This document shows positions 58,237 through 64,000 of a stretch of 64,000 bases of DNA, in pieces. Source of the DNA: Xanthobacteraceae bacterium (GTDB taxonomy: Bacteria; Pseudomonadota; Alphaproteobacteria; Rhizobiales; Xanthobacteraceae); the NCBI GenBank assembly GCA_027493405.1, contig JAOSKV010000001.1, forward strand, positions 1,196,355 through 1,260,354. Reading direction: 5' to 3'. The notes under the pieces are model-generated. The model searched no databases, had not been told where the DNA came from, and was given only the letters and a program-made list of their open reading frames with translations. A program made the position numbers and the translations under genes. Every line of letters starts with the position of its first letter. Position 1 is the stretch's first letter.

Positions 58237-58354
58237 GTAGGGCGGGTCAGTCGTGCTGCGTCAGAAGGCCAACTCTGGGCGTCATCCCGGCCGAGCGAAG
58301 CGAGAGCCGGGATGACGCCGAGAGACTTGTCCTGACGCGGTAAGACCACCCTAC
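58237..58354. repeat. REP-like palindromic element filling the convergent intergenic gap
   Basis: Core perfect hairpin at 58278-58319: GGCGTCATCCCGGC-cgagcgaagcgaga-GCCGGGATGACGCC. Outer imperfect arms (GCGTCAG/CTGACGC, GTAGGG/CCCTAC) extend it. The core recurs at 61869. Confidence 0.8.
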
Positions 58355-59998
58355 GGTGCCGCGGGCTCCGCCCCCACCAGCTCGAACCGTCCGAAATCGA
58401 AATCCCGGCCCGGGGCGGCGTCGAACAGGGCGCGCGTATACGGGTGCTGCGGGTTGCCGAACACGGCGGCGGTCGGGCCCTGCTCGACCACCTCGCCGCG
58501 GTTCATCACCGCGATGCGGTCGCAGATCTGGGCCGCCACGCGCAGGTCGTGGGTGATGAACAGCACCGCGAGGTTGAAGCGCCGGCGCACGTCGTCGATC
58601 AGCTCCAGCACCTGCGCCTGCACCGAGACGTCGAGCGCCGACACCGCTTCGTCCGCGATCAGGATCTCGGGCTCCATGGCGAGCGCGCGGGCGATGCAGA
58701 TGCGCTGGCGCTGGCCGCCCGAGAACTGGTGCGGGAAGCGCGACAGCGCCTCCGGGTCGAGGCCGACCAGGCGCATCAGCTCCTCGGCCCGCGCGCGCGC
58801 CTTCTCGGCCGGCATGCCGAAGTTCATTGGCCCCTCGACGATCGAGGCGCCGACCGTGCGCCGCGGGTTGAGCGAGCGGTAGGGATCCTGGAACACGATC
58901 TGCACGCGCTTGCGGTGCGGGCGCAGCGCCCGCGTGCCGAGCCGCGCGACGTCGATCCCCTCGATCAGGATCGCACCCTCGCTCGGCTCGATCAGCCGCG
59001 CGATGCAGCGCGCGACCGTCGACTTGCCGGAGCCCGACTCGCCGACCACGCCGAGCGTCTCGCCGCGCCGCACCGAGAGGTCGACCTCGCTCGCCGCCTT
59101 CACCTCGCGCCGCGCGCCGAAGAAGCCGCCCATGGCGTAGGTCTTGCCGAGCCCCGCCGTCTCCAGCACCACCGGGGTCCCGGTCACGGGCGCCCGCGCC
59201 GGCGGCGTCAGGCTCGGCACGGCGCGGATCAGCATGCGCGTGTAGTCGTGGCGCGGCCGCCGCAGGATCTCCTCGGTCGGGCCCTGCTCGACCACGAGCC
59301 CGTGCTGCATCACCACCACCCGGTGCGCGATCTCGGCGACCACGCCGAAGTCGTGGGTGATGAACAGCACGCCGGTGTTGCGCCGCTCGCGCAGCTCGCC
59401 TGATGAGCCGCAGGATCTGCGCCTGGGTGGTGACGTCGAGCGCGGTGGTCGGCTCGTCCGCGATCAGCAGCACCGGGTCGAGCGCCAGCGCGGCCGCGAT
59501 CATGATGCGCTGGCGCTGGCCGCCCGAGAGCTGGTGCGGATAGGCCGCGGCCATCTTCTCGGCCTCCGGCAGGCGCACCGCCTCCATCACCTCGAGGACG
59601 CGCCGCCGCCGCTCGGTCTCGCCGAGATCCGTGTGGATCTCCAGCACCTCCTCGATCTGCGCGCCGACCCGCATCACCGGGTTGAGCGCGGTCATCGGCT
59701 CCTGGAAGATCATGGACATGCGGTCGCCGCGCAGGCGGCGGAGCTCCGCCGGGGTCTTCTTCAGGAGGTCGTCGCCCTCGAGCAGCGCGCGCCCGGCGGT
59801 CGGCGCCAGCTGGTCGGGCGGCAGGAGCCCCATGATCGCATGGGCGGTCACCGACTTGCCCGAGCCGGACTCGCCGACCACGCACACGATCTCGCCCGGA
59901 TGCACCGCGAACGACACATTCTCGACCGCGTTGAAGCGGTCGGCGTTCGCGGGCAGCCGCACCGTCAGTCCCTGCACCTCGAGCACGGGCCGGCTCAT
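58351..59998 (-). pseudogene. fused double ATPase of a Dpp/Opp-type ABC transporter; frame break near 59395-59402
   Basis: First half: GESGSGKSV...[33 protein letters not shown]...QILRLI, then nonsense. ORF 58351..59370 supplies ...[17 protein letters not shown] plus a second full ATPase ([24 protein letters not shown]). Confidence 0.88.
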
Positions 59999-60001
59999 GC
60001 G

Positions 60002-60886
60002 TCAGACCCGCTTGGCGAGCTTGGGATCGAGCCGGTCGCGCAGCCCGTCGCCCAGCACGTTGACCGCGAGGATCGTCAGCGCCAGCGCCACGCCCGGGAA
60101 CAGCACGATGCGCGGCGCGATCGGGAAGAACATGCGGCCCTCCGCCATCATGTTGCCCCAGCTCGGGATCTCGGGCGGGGTGCCGGCGCCGAGGAAGCTC
60201 AGGATCGCCTCGGTCAGCATCGCGAAGGCGCACACATAGGTCGCCTGCACGATCAGCGGCGGCACGCAGTTCGGCAGCACGTGGCGGATCAGGATCTTGG
60301 GCAGCGGCGTGCCGACCGCGACCGCCGCCTCCACATACGGCTCCTCGCGCACCGAGAGCACCACCGAGCGCACCAGCCGCACCACGCGCGGCACCGAGGG
60401 GATCGTGATCGCGATGATCACGGTGGTGAGGCTCGCGCCCGAGAGCGAGACCAGCGCGATCGCGAGCAGGATGTCGGGGATCGCCATCAGCCCGTCCATC
60501 ACCCGCATCACGATCGCGTCGAGCAGCCGGATGTAGCCGGCGACCAGGCCGATCACCAGGCCGATCGCGACCGAGAGCACCGCCACGCAGACGCCGACCG
60601 TGAGCGAGACGCGCGTGCCGTAGACGACGCGCGTCCACAGGTCGCGGCCGAACTGGTCGGTGCCGAGCCAGTTCGCCTCGCTCGGCGGCCGCAGCCGCTG
60701 CATCGGGTTGAGGGCGAGCGGGTCGGCGGTGCCGAGGAAGGGGGCGAACACGGCGGCGAGCACGATCAGCACCACGATCACGGCGCCCGCCGCCGCGAGC
60801 GGATAGCGCGCGACCAGGCTGCGCCGGGCGCCCGTGACGGCGGCGCCGATGCCGAGGCCGGGGGCCCTGTCGGTCGCCTCGCTCAA
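60002..60886 (-). CDS. ABC transporter permease (DppC/OppC-like)
   Basis: [18 protein letters not shown]...; EAA-like loop [25 protein letters not shown]. The TTG start overlaps the dppB-like stop. Confidence 0.85.
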   Translation of the reverse strand: MSEATDRAPGLGIGAAVTGARRSLVARYPLAAAGAVIVVLIVLAAVFAPFLGTADPLALNPMQRLRPPSEANWLGTDQFGRDLWTRVVYGTRVSLTVGVCVAVLSVAIGLVIGLVAGYIRLLDAIVMRVMDGLMAIPDILLAIALVSLSGASLTTVIIAITIPSVPRVVRLVRSVVLSVREEPYVEAAVAVGTPLPKILIRHVLPNCVPPLIVQATYVCAFAMLTEAILSFLGAGTPPEIPSWGNMMAEGRMFFPIAPRIVLFPGVALALTILAVNVLGDGLRDRLDPKLAKRV

Positions 60887-61824
60887 TAGCGGATCCTCGG
60901 ATCGAGCATCGCGTAAACGATGTCGATGATCAGGTTGATGATGATGTAGGTGAAGGAGAGGGCGATCACGAGGCCCTGGATCACCGGGTAGTCGCGCTTG
61001 AGCACCGCGTCGACCACCAGCCGGCCGACGCCCGGGATGTTGAACACGGATTCGGTGACGATGGCGTTGCCGATCAGGATCACCAGGCTGAGCCCGATCA
61101 CGGTCACGATCGGCACCGCGGCGTTGCGCAGCGCGTGGCGGAACAGCACCCGCCGCTCGATTTGCCCCTTGGCGCGCGCGGTGCGGATGTAGTCCTCGCC
61201 CAGCACCTCGATCACGCTCGCGCGCGTGATGCGCGTGATCAGCGCGATGAAGATGGTCGAGATCGCCAAGGTCGGCAGCGCGATGTGGTGCAGGAAGCCG
61301 GCGAAATCCACGAACGGGCTGCGGTATCCCTGGGTCGGGAAGATCCGCCAGGCGATCGAGAGCTCGAAGATCAGCACATAGGCCAGCACGAAGACCGGGA
61401 ACGAGAAGGCCGCGACCGCGAACAGCATCACGAGGCGGTCGATCCAGGTGCCGGCCTTCCAGGCCGCGAGCACGCCGAGCGGCACGGCGACCACGATCGA
61501 GAACACGATCGAGGTGGCCGCGAGCATCAGCGTCGGCTCGATGCGCTGCGCGATCAGGGTGGTCACGGGCAGGTTGGAGAAGATCGAGACGCCGAGGTCG
61601 CCGCGGAGGATCTGCCCGAGCCATTCGACGAACTGCACGTAGATCGGCCGGTCGAGCCCGAGCTGGGTGCGGATGCGCGCGATCTGCTCGGAGCTCGCAT
61701 AGTCGCCCGCGATCATCGCGGCCGGATCCGTCGGCGAGAGCCGCAGCATCAGGAACACGACCATGGCGACCACCGCCATCACCGGGATGGTGGCGAGGAT
61801 CCGCCGTGCGATGAAGGCCCACAT
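60883..61824 (-). CDS. ABC transporter permease (DppB/OppB-like)
   Basis: MWAFIARRILATIPVMAVV...; EDYIRTARAKGQIERRVLFRHALRNA. Confidence 0.9.
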   Translation of the reverse strand: MWAFIARRILATIPVMAVVAMVVFLMLRLSPTDPAAMIAGDYASSEQIARIRTQLGLDRPIYVQFVEWLGQILRGDLGVSIFSNLPVTTLIAQRIEPTLMLAATSIVFSIVVAVPLGVLAAWKAGTWIDRLVMLFAVAAFSFPVFVLAYVLIFELSIAWRIFPTQGYRSPFVDFAGFLHHIALPTLAISTIFIALITRITRASVIEVLGEDYIRTARAKGQIERRVLFRHALRNAAVPIVTVIGLSLVILIGNAIVTESVFNIPGVGRLVVDAVLKRDYPVIQGLVIALSFTYIIINLIIDIVYAMLDPRIRY

Positions 61825-61868
61825 GATGCGTGCTAATCTACCGGATGATCGCGCCCGCCGGGATCCTC

Positions 61869-61998
61869 GGCGTCATCCCGGCCGAGCGCAGCGAGAGCCG
61901 GGATCGATACGTGGTCTCTCCGAATTTCCATGCTGGGGCTATGGATCCCGGCTCGCGCGATCCCGGCTGTCGCCGGGATCGCCTGGCCGGGATGACGC
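61869..61998. repeat. composite REP-like element between the SBP and permease genes
   Basis: Positions 61869-61904 match 58278-58313 at 35 of 36 nt. The matching right arm GGCCGGGATGACGC sits at 61985-61998. The interior holds further GATCCCGGC/GCCGGGATC hairpins. Confidence 0.75.
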
Positions 61999-62022
61999 GG
62001 AGCGCGTGGTTAGCGCGGCGCG

Positions 62023-63603
62023 TCACCCCACCTCCATGTTCCAGAAGAACTGGACCGGGGAGGGGATCATCCCCTTGACGTTCTCGCGGTAGCCGACCGG
62101 CACGAAGAAGGTGCCGAGATTGGCGTGGGTGCCGATCTCGATCGCCCGCTTCTGCACCTCGGCGGCGATCTTCTTCTGCTCGTCGACCGAGGCCGCGGTG
62201 GCGAACTGCGCGCGCAGCTCCTCCATCTTCTTGTCGTTCGGCCAGCCCGGCCAGGCCTTGTTCGGGTCCGCGATCATCGCGGCGCTGATCAGCGGGTTGA
62301 GCAGGTCGCCGCCGATCCACCAGGTCGGGAACATGTTCCAGCCGCCCTGCTCGATCGGGTCCTTCTTGGCCCGCCGCGAGGTGACCGACGACCAGTCCAT
62401 CGCCTGGATGTCGACGTTCATGCCGATGTCGCGGCAGGCCTTGCCGACCACCAGCGCGAAGGCGTTGGAGATCGGGATGTCGCTCGGCTGCAGGATCACG
62501 ACCTTCTCGCCGTTGTAGCCCGACTCCTTCAGCGTCTTCTTCGCGGCGTCGAGGCTGGTCGGCCGGATCATGTCGAGGCCGGCATTGGACTCGAGCGGCG
62601 AGCCGCACGGGAAATAGGCTTCGCAGATCTTGTAGAACTGCGGATTGCCGACCGAGGCCGCCAGCACGTCCTGCTGCTTGATCGCCTGGATCACGGCGCG
62701 CCGCACCAGGGCGTTGTCGGTGGGCTTGGCGACGTGGTTGAAGCGCATCATGCCCTGGGAGCCGAGCGGGTCGAGCACGTCGAGCTTGATGCCCGGGGCC
62801 TTGGCGAGCACCGGCGCGAGGTCGCCCGGCACCTGCTCGTAGTAGTCGACCTCGCCCGAGATCAGCGCGTTCATGGCCGTGGTCGAGTCCGGGATGTAGA
62901 GCCACTCGACCCGGTCGACCTTGGCGACCTTGCCGCCCGAGGCGCCCGAGACCGGCTCCTTGCGCGGCACGTAGTTCGGGTTCTTGACGTAGACCACCTT
63001 CGAGCCCGGCACCCACTCGTCCTTTTTGAACATGAAGGGGCCGGAGCCGATCGATTCCGGGATCTGCTTGAACGGATCGGTCTCGGCGAGCGCCTTCGGC
63101 ATCATGAAGGGCACATTGGACGAGATCTTGCCGATCGCCTCCAGCACCAGGCCGAAGGGGCGCGACAGCTTCATCTCGAAGGTCTTCTTGTCCTTCGCGG
63201 TCAGGCTCTCGACCGAGGCGAACAGCGACTGGCCCATGCCGTCGCGCTTGCCCCAGCGCTGCAGCGAGGCGACGCAGTCCTCCGCCGTCACCGGTTGGCC
63301 GTTGTGGAACGAGAGGCCCTCGCGCAGCGTGAAGGTCCAGGTCTTCTTGTCGGCCGAGGCCTCCCAGCTCTCCACCATCTGCGGCTTGGGCGCGAGGCTC
63401 GCATCGAGCGCGAACAGCGTGTCGAAGACCATGTAGCCGTGGTTGCGGCTGATATAGGCCGTGGTCCAGATCGGGTCGATGTTCTTCAGGTCCGCGTGCG
63501 GGATGACGCGCAGCACCTTGCCCTTCGCCTGGCCGAAGCCGGGCTTGGCCAGGAAGGGAGCGGCCAGCGCGCCGCCGACGAAGGTACGACGGTTCAGTCT
63601 CAT
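62023..63603 (-). CDS. ABC transporter substrate-binding protein, family 5 (peptide/nickel/opine type), Tat signal
   Basis: MRLNRRTFVGGALAAPFLAKPGFG (twin-arginine). GGAGGG RBS. The mature part is typical of SBP_bac_5. The ORF track start at 63843 is upstream of the signal peptide. Confidence 0.88.
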   Translation of the reverse strand: MRLNRRTFVGGALAAPFLAKPGFGQAKGKVLRVIPHADLKNIDPIWTTAYISRNHGYMVFDTLFALDASLAPKPQMVESWEASADKKTWTFTLREGLSFHNGQPVTAEDCVASLQRWGKRDGMGQSLFASVESLTAKDKKTFEMKLSRPFGLVLEAIGKISSNVPFMMPKALAETDPFKQIPESIGSGPFMFKKDEWVPGSKVVYVKNPNYVPRKEPVSGASGGKVAKVDRVEWLYIPDSTTAMNALISGEVDYYEQVPGDLAPVLAKAPGIKLDVLDPLGSQGMMRFNHVAKPTDNALVRRAVIQAIKQQDVLAASVGNPQFYKICEAYFPCGSPLESNAGLDMIRPTSLDAAKKTLKESGYNGEKVVILQPSDIPISNAFALVVGKACRDIGMNVDIQAMDWSSVTSRRAKKDPIEQGGWNMFPTWWIGGDLLNPLISAAMIADPNKAWPGWPNDKKMEELRAQFATAASVDEQKKIAAEVQKRAIEIGTHANLGTFFVPVGYRENVKGMIPSPVQFFWNMEVG

Positions 63604-63860
63604 GGAATCCCTCCGTTCGCGGACCACGTCGGGGTTCTGAGCCCTGCGCGTGGTGCCGCCGGTGTGACGCGCGATGCTGCGGCATTGCGGCGGCGTTGAC
63701 AACTGGCAATCCGGTCGCGACTGCCTCGTTTCGCGGCGCGGCGTGCTCCCCGCATGGTCAGGCGGCGCAGATTTCCGGGCCGCGGGCCGCGATCTTGCGT
63801 CGCGAAGGGATTGCCGCCACCCTGCCTCGACACGCGACAACAATTCTTGCGGAGCCGCCG

Positions 63861-64000
63861 ATGCGTCTTCTCGTTGCGATGATGAAGCACGAGACCAACA
63901 CCTTCTCGCCCGTCCCGACCGACCTGCAGCGGTTCCGCGACTGGGGGCTGCACGAGGGCGAGGCGGTGCCGCGCGCCTATCGCGGCACCAACCACCCGCT
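63861..64000 (+). CDS. M81 family metallopeptidase (MlrC-like); N-terminal fragment, continues beyond the window
   Basis: MRLLVAMMKHETNTFSPVPT... matches the MlrC N-terminal (DUF1485) HETNTFSP motif. Confidence 0.7.
   Translation, partial: MRLLVAMMKHETNTFSPVPTDLQRFRDWGLHEGEAVPRAYRGTNHP

Overview
Very GC-rich alphaproteobacterial chromosomal window, with gene order typical of Hyphomicrobiales/Rhizobiales-like aerobes. I saw no rRNA, tRNA, CRISPR, transposase, integrase or phage genes. Layout from left to right: (1) acyl-CoA synthetase fragment, DUF1036-like secreted protein, GNAT, acyltransferase-3, an orphan CoxL-like molybdopterin subunit and a GT39 glycosyltransferase. (2) aa3 cytochrome oxidase cluster ctaD-ctaB-small ORF-ctaG-ctaE-DUF983-SURF1, with no ctaC. 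(3) thrC, M16 peptidase, GNAT, a lipoprotein, a GbsR-type regulator and a formamidase. (4) Tandem glycine riboswitch followed by gcvT-gcvH-OsmC-gcvPA-gcvPB. (5) ATP synthase F0 operon atpI-atpB-atpE-b'-b. (6) A run of small uncharacterised membrane proteins beside a two-subunit DUF4212/SSS symporter, a LuxR response regulator, an SSS-domain hybrid histidine kinase (CrbS/CrbR-like) and an exonuclease-CBS-DUF294 protein. (7) An aminotransferase, then the microaerobic block fixL-fixJ-receiver, hemN, AbrB-family membrane protein, ccoNOQP, ccoGHIS and hemA (ALAS). I found five FixK/FNR-type TTGA-N6-TCAA boxes by eye, all intergenic. (8) A hydratase, a Dpp/Opp-type ABC importer flanked by REP-like palindromic elements, and the start of an M81 peptidase. 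Caveat: the sequence looks error-prone. There are two homopolymer junk tracts and at least eight frame breaks in otherwise well conserved genes (ctaD twice, ccoN, gcvT, ABC ATPase, acyl-CoA synthetase, GNAT, an esterase remnant). The apparent pseudogenes are therefore more likely assembly or sequencing artefacts than biology. The best candidate for under-described biology is the 29.1-41.2 kb region: the sensor-kinase/DUF294/symporter cassette plus an orphan second DUF4212 gene and tandem paralogous membrane proteins of unknown family.
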